A DNA stretch of 59,424 nucleotides from Candidatus Micrarchaeota archaeon (GTDB lineage Archaea > Micrarchaeota > Micrarchaeia > Micrarchaeales > CABMGC01), in assembly GCA_021810455.1 (NCBI GenBank), contig JAJZIU010000002.1, forward strand, positions 1-59,424, given 5' to 3'. How positions within the stretch are numbered: the first letter of the stretch is position 1; the number at the start of each line of letters is the position of its first letter. A model generated the notes under the pieces. The model was not told the DNA's origin. It saw only the letters and a list, made by a program, of their open reading frames with translations, and ran no database searches. A program made the translations under genes and the position numbers. Of the stretch, positions 1-9,661 are shown piece by piece.

Positions 1-151
1 GGGACAACTGTATGATGGAAACTAAAAGTGCCACAACTCCTTTCAATTTTATGTTCATAGCAATAACCGATAATTTGGTACAAAAGCTTTTAGTTATAAT
101 GAATAATAGTAAGATGTGTTATTGTTTTAAGGTATTTGTAAAGTGTAAAAA

Positions 152-1144
152 ATGAACAGGGAAGAAACCAATAGACTCATGTTGCGATATCTGAGCGAAG
201 ATTCTCGTTCTACAATAACAAAATTGTCATCTGTACTTAACTGTTCTAGACCAACTGTAATGAAAATACTGGAGTATTTGGAGAGGAACGCAGATCTTAG
301 ATACACACTTGAACTTGATCTGAGCAAAAAAATTCCACTTGAAAGACATCTGATAACAGTGAAATTTGCGGTAAAACCAAATGCATACGACATATCGGAA
401 TTGATTAAGAAGGACGGGTACATACACAACGCATACGCTACAGAAGGGGACTTTGATCTTGTGTTGCATGCGATCTCAAGGGATCCCTTGGAGTACATAC
501 GCTGGGAGAACAGAATTGTTACAGAATTGTCACAATACAAACCCGTATTCAAGCCTTCGGAACTGATAATGACACATTTTGGATTTCTTCCATTCAATAA
601 TGGCGTAAAGGACATTTTGAAGGGAATAATCAAGGAAAAGGATAACATGTTAATAGAAGAGCTGAATAAAAATTCAAGGACTTCTTATGCGGAATTGTCA
701 AAACTTACGGGAATAGATGAGGAGACAATAAGGTATAGGCTATTCAGGTTAAGGGAAAGTGGCATCATAAAACGGTTTACAACATATGTACAGAAACCCA
801 GGTATCCGTACAACATCATGTTCTTTGCGAATTATAGGTTCAATAAAGAAACGGCAAAGCACGCCGAGATGGCAAGGAATTCGTACATAAAAGCAAAAGC
901 TGAAAATGAACTCGGAAGCAATTACCAGTTATTGGCACCGTTGAGCGGAAGCTACAGGTTCTTTGCTATGGCAAATTTCGAAAGCAAAGAGGATGCTATG
1001 AAAAATGCCATAAGAAGGCACAAATTCATTTTTGAATCCGAGAATGTGGAGATAAAACATGCAAGAATTATTAGTGTGATGAAAGGGATGATGCCTTATA
1101 GGAATTTAGACATACAACGCAACTATACAAGGATAGACTGGTAA
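152..1144 (+). CDS. Tandem (duplicated) Lrp/AsnC-family transcriptional regulator
   Basis: 330-aa ORF with two winged-HTH segments (TITKLSSVLNCSRPTVMKILEYLE and SYAELSKLTGIDEETIRYRLFRLRESGII). Each is followed by a roughly 80-aa RAM-like region. Length is about twice a normal Lrp/AsnC protein. Confidence 0.7.
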   Translation: MNREETNRLMLRYLSEDSRSTITKLSSVLNCSRPTVMKILEYLERNADLRYTLELDLSKKIPLERHLITVKFAVKPNAYDISELIKKDGYIHNAYATEGDFDLVLHAISRDPLEYIRWENRIVTELSQYKPVFKPSELIMTHFGFLPFNNGVKDILKGIIKEKDNMLIEELNKNSRTSYAELSKLTGIDEETIRYRLFRLRESGIIKRFTTYVQKPRYPYNIMFFANYRFNKETAKHAEMARNSYIKAKAENELGSNYQLLAPLSGSYRFFAMANFESKEDAMKNAIRRHKFIFESENVEIKHARIISVMKGMMPYRNLDIQRNYTRIDW

Positions 1145-1348
1145 AGGAGTAGGTGATGAGGTCGAGTGGTGGGGATCGTCCTCAGCACGAATAGATGTTC
1201 TCAATTTCTAAATATTTAAACGTTATTATTTATGAAAATTTATAGTGATATTTTAGGCTTTTTGTAAATTTAAAGGATGGAGAAAATAAATCATATAATG
1301 CCGTATATGCCAATAGCGTCTTTTATTTTTTTGCGTCAAATTCCAATC

Positions 1349-2587
1349 ATGCAAACTTTAGACTTGTCAGACGATGAGATTATTGAAAAGATCACGAAAA
1401 AGGAGCTTCAGATGTATAAACTCGAAGAGTATCTGGGTCCGAATAAAGCGGTTGAAATAAGGAGGCAGATTGTTGAAAAAGCTACGAACTCTAACCTGGC
1501 CGATCTCTCTATCGAAGATGCGGATTACTCCCAAATGGTAAATAAGAATGCCGAGAATGTGATAGGTTTCATAAGAATGCCGATAGGCATAAGCGGACCT
1601 ATCACCATACACGGAGATTATGCGTCGGGTGAGTTTTATGTGCCATTGGCAACAACAGAAGGAGCGCTTATAGCAGGCATAAATAGGGGAATGAAAGCCA
1701 TATCTGAAAGCAACGGTTCTAAAGTCAAAATACTTGGAAATGCCATGGCAAGAGCCCCCCTTTTCGAGTTTGATTCGATAACAGAGGTTGGCGAATTTCT
1801 AAATTGGCTGGATTTGAATATGGACAATGTCAAAAAAATTGCAAATGCAACAACCTCGCACGGAAAGCTTAGAGATGTCAAGCCTTTCGTTACAGGTAAT
1901 AACGTGTGGCTGAGAATGTCGTTTGAAACAGGTGATGCCATGGGGATGAATATGGCAACAGTCGCTTCGGAAGCAGCGAGCAGTTACATAGAGGAGGAGT
2001 TCCCTAAAGCGCACTTAGTTACAGTAAGCGGTAACATGTGTTCTGATAAGAAGGAGTCGATGGTTAATAATCTTCTTGGAAGGGGGAAAACAGTAGTTGC
2101 CGATGCCGTGATAAACAGGAAGGTGTGCAGCGAGGTACTTAAAACGACACCAGAGCAGATAACAAGAGTGAACATGAAGAAAAACATGCTTGGAAACGCA
2201 AGAGCTGGAAGCACAAAGTTCTCAGGGCATTCTGCAAATATAGTCGCAGCTGCTTTTGCAGCTACGGGGCAAGACATAGCCCAGGTAGTCGAAAGCAGCA
2301 GTTGTTATACATGGGCAGAGGCCAGAGAAAGTGGATTGTACATATCGGTAACCTTGCCTTCATTAGAAGTAGGAACTGTGGGTGGCGGAACATCGCTTCC
2401 GTCCCAAAAGGCCGCACTGTCTATAATAGGAGCTGCTGGACAAGGAGAAACGATAGGAACCAACGCAAACAAGCTAGCAGAAATAATAGCTGCTGCAGTA
2501 CTAGCTGGTGAACTTAACCTTTTGGCAGCTCAGGGAAACAGAGAGCTGGGAAAGGCACATAGTAAACTGGGAAGAAACATCAAATAG
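1349..2587 (+). CDS. hmgA: Class I HMG-CoA reductase (mevalonate pathway)
   Basis: Motifs TTEGALIAG, GDAMGMNM, GTVGGGT and a C-terminal LGKAH. The ORF is open from 1277, but the ATG at 1349 (MQTLDLSDDEIIEK) fits the usual archaeal N-terminus better. Confidence 0.9.
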   Translation: MQTLDLSDDEIIEKITKKELQMYKLEEYLGPNKAVEIRRQIVEKATNSNLADLSIEDADYSQMVNKNAENVIGFIRMPIGISGPITIHGDYASGEFYVPLATTEGALIAGINRGMKAISESNGSKVKILGNAMARAPLFEFDSITEVGEFLNWLDLNMDNVKKIANATTSHGKLRDVKPFVTGNNVWLRMSFETGDAMGMNMATVASEAASSYIEEEFPKAHLVTVSGNMCSDKKESMVNNLLGRGKTVVADAVINRKVCSEVLKTTPEQITRVNMKKNMLGNARAGSTKFSGHSANIVAAAFAATGQDIAQVVESSSCYTWAEARESGLYISVTLPSLEVGTVGGGTSLPSQKAALSIIGAAGQGETIGTNANKLAEIIAAAVLAGELNLLAAQGNRELGKAHSKLGRNIK

Positions 2588-2634
2588 ACTATTTTAGAAC
2601 GGTATAAAGATTTTTACTGAGAATTAAAGAGCGG

Positions 2635-3561
2635 TTGTTTATGAAGGGCAGAGTGATTAAGGCAAAGGAAATAGTTCCTTACAAGGAGATAAATGCAATA
2701 GACATGCTTTACGATAAGTACGAAGGCAGAGATGTAAACCGTAGGCAGGAACTGACGAAGGCTGAGGTGTTTGGATTATGGTCATTCAAGCACACATTGT
2801 TCTCTCTTCAAGGATCTCCAAACCATGAGTACCATTCTCCTGCAAGATGGCTTCTTAACAAGATAGCATCCAGTTCAAATGCAACAAATGACATACTGCG
2901 TGAGATGGCTCTAAAATTGCGCGTGTACGACAAAGAAGATCCGATATTTACAAACATAGCATTGAATCCCAACACGCAGAACGATTCATTGTATGTGCTA
3001 CTTAGCAGACACAAAGAAGGGATTCTAGGAAGTACTTATGCAATAGGCAACATTGATACAATAATCGCAATAGTCAGCAATCAGTCTGCTGCTCCGGGCT
3101 TGCTTGGTTACATTGCAAATTATATAACAGTGTATGGTGGAGTTTACGATAAAGTAAACGTAGATGGCGAGAACGCGAAGAGATTTTCGGAAGAGGTTGA
3201 AAAAATCAGAACAGGAAACTCTACAAATAGTTACAAATCGGTGGATTTGGTAATGAAAGACGCGATAAGAGATTCATCGATAAGGGATCTGAAAGTTTCA
3301 AAAGGAAGGATGAGTAACATACTGCTAATTCTTGAAACTGTAGTAAACAATCCTAACGTTAGACCGGAAACTCTGGAAAATATAGAGTCATTCGTAAGGC
3401 TTGTTGGAGGTTCGGAGATGGACGGATTGATTCTGGCGTTGATGTACAATCCAAAAACACCGAAGGACAGCCTCGAAAGACTTACAAGGGTGGAGAATAC
3501 GGCACTTGCAGAATTTGCAAAAAACGCTCTGCGTGAGCGGAAAGAAGAGGAAACAGATTAG
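2635..3561 (+). CDS. Hypothetical protein with NPxT/NPKTP (leucine-rich-repeat-variant-like) helical repeats
   Basis: 308-aa ORF. Recurrent motifs ALNPNTQNDSL, VNNPNVRPETL and YNPKTPKDSL resemble LRV/HEAT-like repeats. No catalytic motif recognised. Confidence 0.45.
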   Translation: MFMKGRVIKAKEIVPYKEINAIDMLYDKYEGRDVNRRQELTKAEVFGLWSFKHTLFSLQGSPNHEYHSPARWLLNKIASSSNATNDILREMALKLRVYDKEDPIFTNIALNPNTQNDSLYVLLSRHKEGILGSTYAIGNIDTIIAIVSNQSAAPGLLGYIANYITVYGGVYDKVNVDGENAKRFSEEVEKIRTGNSTNSYKSVDLVMKDAIRDSSIRDLKVSKGRMSNILLILETVVNNPNVRPETLENIESFVRLVGGSEMDGLILALMYNPKTPKDSLERLTRVENTALAEFAKNALRERKEEETD

Positions 3562-3650
3562 TGATTTGAAGAATAGTAAAGCTTAAATATCACTTAAATC
3601 ATATTTATATCGGTAATCCGTTTAAAACGGCTATTTGTGAAGGTTTTGAA

Positions 3651-4286
3651 TTGAGAACAGTTAAAATATCAGGTAAAGTAGCAGAGAATATCCAGTTTCT
3701 GAAAGAAAATGGAGGGGTATCTGGAGTAAAGAAACTCGTTATGATAGATTCCTTAACAGGACTGAAAAACAGAAGGGCCTTTGACATAGATATTGAGAAT
3801 GAGATAGAGACTTATTCCAGAGGTCTGATTAATGGGTCGCCCAAAAAGATGCACATGGTCATGATAGACCTTAACAATTTCGGGCAGATAAACAATAATT
3901 ACGGACATACTGTTGGAGATGAAGCATTGACAGCCGTAGGAAAAACTATCATGAATGGAATAAGAAGCTCGGATAAGGCGTACAGGTATGGCGGAGATGA
4001 GATGGTATTGCTCCTATCAGATACGGACAATCCGAACGCAGTAGTATCCAGAATAGCAAACGGCATTGAAAACATAAAACTGGTTTCTGAAAAAGGAGAA
4101 AGAGTGGGATTAAGCATATCATTTGGTTATGTATCGATATCTGAAGTGGGAAATCGCCTGCTTAAAAATCCGAAGAAATTTGCGAAAAAGATGAAGGACA
4201 TGGCAGACGCAAGGATGTACACGCAAAAGGAAGAAAGTGATCACGGCAGAATTAAAGAAGTTAAATCCCTTGTGAGAAGCGATTAG
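3651..4286 (+). CDS. Stand-alone GGDEF-domain protein (putative diguanylate/dinucleotide cyclase)
   Basis: DSLTGLKNRRAF, MIDLNNFGQINNNYGHTVGDEAL, RSSD-KAYRY-GGDEM (RxxD I-site five residues before a GGDEF-type motif), then MADARMYTQK. The start is TTG at 3651; an ATG at 3741 (MIDSLTGL) is the alternative. Confidence 0.8.
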   Translation: MRTVKISGKVAENIQFLKENGGVSGVKKLVMIDSLTGLKNRRAFDIDIENEIETYSRGLINGSPKKMHMVMIDLNNFGQINNNYGHTVGDEALTAVGKTIMNGIRSSDKAYRYGGDEMVLLLSDTDNPNAVVSRIANGIENIKLVSEKGERVGLSISFGYVSISEVGNRLLKNPKKFAKKMKDMADARMYTQKEESDHGRIKEVKSLVRSD

Positions 4287-4612
4287 AAGATTTCTCCGGT
4301 TATTGCAGTTACGCCTCCTTTCATACTGTAAGATGTTATATTGTGCTTTTGCTTAAGGAACTTTGCAACGTACATTGATGTATTCCCGTGATAGCACACA
4401 AGAACCGAATTCTCAAATCTTTTAAGTTGCTCGCCAGAAGAGCTTAGGAAGTCGGAAGGCTCCGCTTTTATTATATCGCCTTCATGGAGACCGAGCAGTT
4501 CTGATATGTATTCAGCAGGCTCTCGTCCAAGCCAGACAAGCTTTGTATTGTGCTTTTTAGCTATGCTCAGTGATTCTTCAAACGTGCATTCTGAAGGCGC
4601 ATTGTTGTCCAT
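4283..4612 (-). CDS. Rhodanese-domain protein
   Basis: Single-domain rhodanese pattern with active-site loop VLVCYHGNTSMYVA and a C-terminal MKGGVTA. The start is taken at the internal Met (MDNNAPSE), because the longer ORF would run into the upstream gene. Confidence 0.7.
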   Translation of the reverse strand: MDNNAPSECTFEESLSIAKKHNTKLVWLGREPAEYISELLGLHEGDIIKAEPSDFLSSSGEQLKRFENSVLVCYHGNTSMYVAKFLKQKHNITSYSMKGGVTAITGEIF

Positions 4613-4640
4613 TATTATATTATAGACAAAAAGAAATAAA

Positions 4641-5252
4641 TTATGAGCGTACCAGTAACAATGCAACTATATCCTCGAAGAAAAAATGCAATTTTCTCTC
4701 ATCTAATAAAAGAAATGGCATACTCAATATGGTTCTTTTGAGGTTATTGAGATCGGATAATGAACTTGCAATGATTATTGCGTAAGATCCATAATTAAGA
4801 TGCTGCAATGATTGCGTTAAGAATTTTATTGTGAGCTCCACACCGGATAAGCCGCCACTTATTGCAGTGTGCAAGTTCCCATCCTCTTTGGAGGATATGA
4901 GGTACGGGGCATTGAACAGTATGATATCAAAAAACCCTTCGATGTTTGAGAACAGGTCACTGTTTACAAAGGAGCATTTCGATTTGATTTTTTCCCTATT
5001 AACATCAAAATTATGCATTGCCATGGTTATTGCTTCGTTATTCACATCAGCAAACACAACATCCGATACATTATCCTGAGATGCAGCCAGAAGACCGAGG
5101 ACACCGCTGCCAGTACCCATATCAAGAATCTTAATGTCTTTGTTTTTAATCATTTTCATGCATTTTAGAAAGGTTCTGAATGCTAGTTCGGAGTCTTCGC
5201 TGGGTGGATAGACCGTCTCTGATACATCAATCTGAAATCCGAAAAACTCCAT
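4641..5252 (-). CDS. SAM-dependent methyltransferase, HemK/Mtq2-like (N5-glutamine type)
   Basis: VYPPSEDS, SAM-binding loop ILDMGTGSGVLGL, and FNAPYL (an NPPY-type substrate motif). Confidence 0.75.
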   Translation of the reverse strand: MEFFGFQIDVSETVYPPSEDSELAFRTFLKCMKMIKNKDIKILDMGTGSGVLGLLAASQDNVSDVVFADVNNEAITMAMHNFDVNREKIKSKCSFVNSDLFSNIEGFFDIILFNAPYLISSKEDGNLHTAISGGLSGVELTIKFLTQSLQHLNYGSYAIIIASSLSDLNNLKRTILSMPFLLLDERKLHFFFEDIVALLLVRS

Positions 5253-5382
5253 AAAATCATTAAACGCAAAAAAGAAAAGTAAAAGTGTATAAAATAGCTA
5301 TAAACTATTAGAAACAAGATATAAAAACTTTGAACTTTCGAAGCACATTTTTAAACTTTTTGTTTCTGGAAAACTTAATATA

Positions 5383-5991
5383 GTGGTAAATCCATTATTG
5401 TATGATTTTATGATTCATGATGACATGCCAGCTTGGTTGGTCATGGAAGATATACTTATCAGAGTAAAGGAGGGATTGTTGTCAGTTGCTCTAGAAACAC
5501 TTCAAACAGAGATAGACGCAAAGCGTGTTCAGATAAATGGACATTTGATAAAAACTCCTGAAAGTTTAGATGACAAAGAGACCAACCTATTCATAATAAG
5601 CAACATAGTGTCTCGCGAGGGAGAGATAATTGAGATGTACGAACACGAAAAGAAAAAATTAGAATCAGGCAACGTATCTCCAGAGATTGCTTATGGAATC
5701 GATGAACTTAGAAAATTTGCCATGGCAGCAGTACAACTTTCCGTATTAATGAATTACGTAGAGATAACGAACAGATGGATGAATGATGTAAAGGAAGATA
5801 CAAAAAAGGAAAATGTTGAAAGATTGATAATCGATTCAATAAAAAGCGATAGAGAAAGAAGAAACCTTATCGAATTTATCTCGAAAAGCAAAGCGTTGGT
5901 AGACATAGGATCCGTATCGGCACAAGAGAGGGAAATGATGGCTGGTGTGATTAAAAATTTCCCGGAAGGCGAATCAGGGCAAAAATTGTGA
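5383..5991 (+). CDS. Hypothetical protein
   Basis: 202-aa ORF with a GTG start that fills the gap between flanking genes. Helical and charged; no motif recognised. Confidence 0.4.
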   Translation: MVNPLLYDFMIHDDMPAWLVMEDILIRVKEGLLSVALETLQTEIDAKRVQINGHLIKTPESLDDKETNLFIISNIVSREGEIIEMYEHEKKKLESGNVSPEIAYGIDELRKFAMAAVQLSVLMNYVEITNRWMNDVKEDTKKENVERLIIDSIKSDRERRNLIEFISKSKALVDIGSVSAQEREMMAGVIKNFPEGESGQKL

Positions 5992-5996
5992 TGTGT

Positions 5997-6833
5997 ATGA
6001 AGAAGGTAGGAAGACATGTTTCAATGGATAAGGAAATTGACAATACTTTTTTGAATGCGAAAGAGATAGGTTGCACATCCATGCAGGTGTTCATAAGCAG
6101 TCCGAGAAGATGGGATGTTAAAAGGTTTAATCATGAAGAAAAATTAAAATTTATTAGTGATTTGTCAAGATTCAACATTGAACCAGTTGTTGCACATATG
6201 CCATATCTGCCAAATCTTGCATCTCCGGTAAGAGAAATACATAAAAGATCCGTAGAAACCTTAAATGCGATAGCTACTGAGGCTTCGGAATTGGAAATAG
6301 AATACGTTGTTTTACACCTGGGAAGCCATATGGGAGAAGGAAGAGAATTGGGAGTAGGAAATTTCGTTAATGCCATAAATGAGGTCGAAGACTCTCTAAG
6401 AGGTGTTACTCTTTTACTTGAAAATGAAGCAGGGCAAAAGAATAGTATAGGATCAACACCGGAAGAGCTTATTGACATATTTGATAAGATTAATTCCAAG
6501 AAAGTGGGGTTTTGCATAGACACATGCCACATTTTTGCAGCTGGTTATGACATAGGAAATGTTGAAGTTATGGAAAAGATAGATAAAACGATAGACATTA
6601 GGAATGTGCACATTTTCCATTTGAACGATTCAAAGTTCGAGTTAGGATCCAGGTTAGACAGACATGATAACATAGGAAAGGGCAAAATAGGCGCTGAAAG
6701 ATTTAGAAAGTTCTTTGGATATAAAAACGTTTTATCAAAACCCATGATATTAGAAACACCGATAAATGGGATAGATACGAAAGAAGAGTTGGAAGGTGTG
6801 AAACACCTTATGGATAAGTCGTTAAATGATTAA
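5997..6833 (+). CDS. nfo: Endonuclease IV (AP endonuclease family 2)
   Basis: MKKVGRHVS start, HMPYLPNLASP, VLHLGSH, LLENEAGQKNSIG, CIDTCHIFAAGYD, HLNDSK...LGSRLDRHDNIGKGKIG. Confidence 0.9.
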   Translation: MKKVGRHVSMDKEIDNTFLNAKEIGCTSMQVFISSPRRWDVKRFNHEEKLKFISDLSRFNIEPVVAHMPYLPNLASPVREIHKRSVETLNAIATEASELEIEYVVLHLGSHMGEGRELGVGNFVNAINEVEDSLRGVTLLLENEAGQKNSIGSTPEELIDIFDKINSKKVGFCIDTCHIFAAGYDIGNVEVMEKIDKTIDIRNVHIFHLNDSKFELGSRLDRHDNIGKGKIGAERFRKFFGYKNVLSKPMILETPINGIDTKEELEGVKHLMDKSLND

Positions 6834-6843
6834 TGGTGCGCTT

Positions 6844-7761
6844 ATGGAAACTAAAGAACTTGGGAAAACAAAGGAAAAGATACCCGCACTAGGTATGGGT
6901 ACTTGGAAGATAGGCAGCAATGAATCTGAGGGGATAGAAGCGTTGAAAACAGGGATAGATATAGGTATGAGATTTATAGACACGGCAGAGATGTATGGTA
7001 CAGAGGAGATGGTAGGCAAGACAATCGAAGGAATGGATGATATGTTTATAGCAACAAAGGTATCACCTAACCACTTCAGATACGACGATGTAATAAAATC
7101 GTGCAATAGAAGTTTGGAAAAACTTAAAGTGAAGCAGATAGATCTTTACCAACTGCACTGGCCTAATTCAAGCATACCTATAACTGAAACCATGAAGGCC
7201 ATGGAAAAATTGGTGGATCTTGGAAAGATACGGTACATAGGTGTTAGTAATTTTTCTACAAAAGAGATGAAGGACGCTCAGAATGCATTGAAACATGAGG
7301 AGATAGTATCAAATCAGGTCGAGTATAGCGTACTAGTCAGATATGTGGAAAAAGAGATACTGAAATTCTGCCAAGATAACAAAATCACCGTTATAGCGTA
7401 TAGCCCGTTTGGATCTGGAAAACTTTATGGACAGAGATCGAACAGTATGTACGACTTATTGAGAAATGTAGGTAGCAAGTATCAAAAAACTCCAAGTCAG
7501 GTAGCACTAAACTGGCTGATGTCAAAGGACAGAGTGATGGCGATACCTAAGGCAGCGAATATTGCACACATGAAGGAAAATATCGGAGCTTTAGGCTGGA
7601 AGTTGGAAGATGCAGATATGAACAAGATAAATGATTTTTTATCGGATGAGAGACCGATGGTTTGGTCTCTCAATCCTTTGGTGAAAAGAACATCGTCATT
7701 TTGGGCGAGATTGATGGAATATAAAGAAATGGGAAGAAACATGCGCGGAAAAACCAAATAA
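6844..7761 (+). CDS. Aldo/keto reductase
   Basis: LGMGTWKIG, IDTAEMYG, IDLYQLHWP, IGVSNF, NQVEYS. Confidence 0.85.
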   Translation: METKELGKTKEKIPALGMGTWKIGSNESEGIEALKTGIDIGMRFIDTAEMYGTEEMVGKTIEGMDDMFIATKVSPNHFRYDDVIKSCNRSLEKLKVKQIDLYQLHWPNSSIPITETMKAMEKLVDLGKIRYIGVSNFSTKEMKDAQNALKHEEIVSNQVEYSVLVRYVEKEILKFCQDNKITVIAYSPFGSGKLYGQRSNSMYDLLRNVGSKYQKTPSQVALNWLMSKDRVMAIPKAANIAHMKENIGALGWKLEDADMNKINDFLSDERPMVWSLNPLVKRTSSFWARLMEYKEMGRNMRGKTK

Positions 7762-7825
7762 ATGACAAAATTTATATATACCAGATGTTTTAAGAATACG
7801 GGAAAGAAGGTAAGGGCAAGATCAG

Positions 7826-8569
7826 ATGGCGATAATTAAAAGTTTAGGTTACATAGTAGGCATAATAATAGTATTTATCTTTGGAATCTCAGGAACGTAT
7901 GTTTTGGGACATTATGAACATGGATTCAACGTTCCGATAAACTCCTTGTTAGATGCTGCTTATTTTACTACGATTACGCTTGCTACTGTAGGTTATGGAG
8001 ATATTGTACCGGTTACCAATATCGCTAAAATATTCGTAATGGTACTCATAATATCAGGAATAGGTGTGTTTATAACCTCAGTAACTGTTATAACTGGTGA
8101 ATTTGTGAACAGCAGAATGGAAAAATACTCTGGAAGATTATCAGGATTTGAAAGAAGGCTTCTAAAAAATCATGTAGTGTTGATCGGAGTTGATTCAGTA
8201 AATCTGAGATTAGCTGAAAGGCTCAAAAACAAGAAAGCAAAATTTTTGATAATAACCTCAGATAAGACGATGCTTGACCACCTTAGAAGCACGGGATATA
8301 AAGCATACCTGGCAGATGAAACAAACGAAGATGACATGAAAAACTTCGAGTTGGGTAAGGCAAAGGCAATAATAATGGATATGCGTGATAAATCAAGAAT
8401 GGTTTATGCAATACTATTAGTAAGGAATCTCGCAAAGGATTCGAGAATAGTTACAGTGGCCCATACCAAGGAGGAAGAGAGGAATACAAGAAGTATGGGG
8501 GTTTCGATAGGAATAATAAATCCTGCAGATCTTGCATCAGAGATACTAGCCAAGAAACTGATAGAATAA
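7826..8569 (+). CDS. Potassium channel with C-terminal RCK/TrkA-N domain (MthK/Kch-like)
   Basis: Two TM helices flank a pore helix and the selectivity filter TLATVGYGD. A Rossmann-like HVVLIGVDSVNLRLAERL domain follows. Confidence 0.85.
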   Translation: MAIIKSLGYIVGIIIVFIFGISGTYVLGHYEHGFNVPINSLLDAAYFTTITLATVGYGDIVPVTNIAKIFVMVLIISGIGVFITSVTVITGEFVNSRMEKYSGRLSGFERRLLKNHVVLIGVDSVNLRLAERLKNKKAKFLIITSDKTMLDHLRSTGYKAYLADETNEDDMKNFELGKAKAIIMDMRDKSRMVYAILLVRNLAKDSRIVTVAHTKEEERNTRSMGVSIGIINPADLASEILAKKLIE

Positions 8570-8579
8570 CGTGTGTTAA

Positions 8580-9626
8580 ATGCATACCGTTATTATTAAA
8601 ACTAAACACGGCAAGATAAACTCTAAAAACATGAAAAGCGCAGCGTCGGCCATACGCTCTGGAAAAGTAGTAGTTTTTCCAACGGAGACGGTGTATGGGA
8701 TAGGCGCTAATGCATTTGATGAAGAAGCATGCAAAAAGATATTCGAAGCTAAAGGAAGGCCCTCGGATAATCCACTAATAGTACACGTTTCAGATCTGAA
8801 CATGGCTAAAACTGTCTGTTTTATATCTAAAAAATATGAGAAGTATTTATTGAAAGTTTGGCCTGGACCATTAACAATAATATCTAAGGCAAAAAACACA
8901 GTAGGAAAAATAGTTACGGCAAATTTAGACACAGTTGCAGTTAGAATGCCATCGAGTAGTATAGCGTTGGAATTGATAAGGACCAGTGGTGTTCCCATCG
9001 CAGCGCCGAGTGCCAACATATCAAAGATGCCATCATCCACATCCGGAAAACATGCACTAGCATATTTCAATGGAAAAGTTGACATGATACTAGATGCAGG
9101 TAGGACTAAATACGGAATAGAATCAACGGTACTTGATTTGAGAACGTTCACAGTATTAAGACCAGGAGCATTTTCAGTAGAGGATTTGACACGGGCATTT
9201 GGAAAAAAGCCGAGGGTTCACTCTGAAAACGTTGTGAGTATTAAAAAAGTAAGAAGCCCGGGTATGAAGTACAGGCATTATTCTCCAAACACTCCATTAT
9301 TTTTGTATAAAGGCAACATCAGAGACTTGAACAAGATGCTTAAAAAACACAAGAAAATTGTTTTTATAGGATCAGATAATGCATGCTCTATGATAAAGGG
9401 GGTACAAAAGATAAGATTGGGAAATTATCAGGAGGAGATTGCACATAATTTGTTTGATGCGTTGATAAAGCTTGATTCGGTCAAAGCTAAGTTCGCAGTG
9501 ATACAGTCTTTTGGCATTGAAGGATTCGGGCTTGCAGTAATGAACAGGATAGAAAAAGCTTCTAATCATTTATCATTCAAAAATGAAAAGCAGTTGCATA
9601 AACTCATGAATGTTTACAAAAAATAA
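8580..9626 (+). CDS. sua5: L-threonylcarbamoyladenylate synthase (Sua5/YrdC; t6A pathway)
   Basis: VVVFPTETVYGIGANAFDEEACKKIFEAKGRPSDNPLIVHV, SANISK, and a C-terminal Sua5 domain (YRHYSP). Confidence 0.9.
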   Translation: MHTVIIKTKHGKINSKNMKSAASAIRSGKVVVFPTETVYGIGANAFDEEACKKIFEAKGRPSDNPLIVHVSDLNMAKTVCFISKKYEKYLLKVWPGPLTIISKAKNTVGKIVTANLDTVAVRMPSSSIALELIRTSGVPIAAPSANISKMPSSTSGKHALAYFNGKVDMILDAGRTKYGIESTVLDLRTFTVLRPGAFSVEDLTRAFGKKPRVHSENVVSIKKVRSPGMKYRHYSPNTPLFLYKGNIRDLNKMLKKHKKIVFIGSDNACSMIKGVQKIRLGNYQEEIAHNLFDALIKLDSVKAKFAVIQSFGIEGFGLAVMNRIEKASNHLSFKNEKQLHKLMNVYKK

Positions 9627-9661
9627 TACCATTTATATATTCTAATATTCTCATTTTTCCC

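Noticed and set aside
127-648. 173-aa minus-strand ORF overlapping the Lrp/AsnC gene, plus many similar antisense ORFs. Examples: 8576-9151, 18286-18917, 24279-24778, 27642-28247, 39480-39983, 43824-45110, 48711-49400.
   Set aside because: Each lies fully inside a gene with strong family motifs on the opposite strand. Their translations are low-complexity or hydrophobic mirror products with no recognisable motifs.
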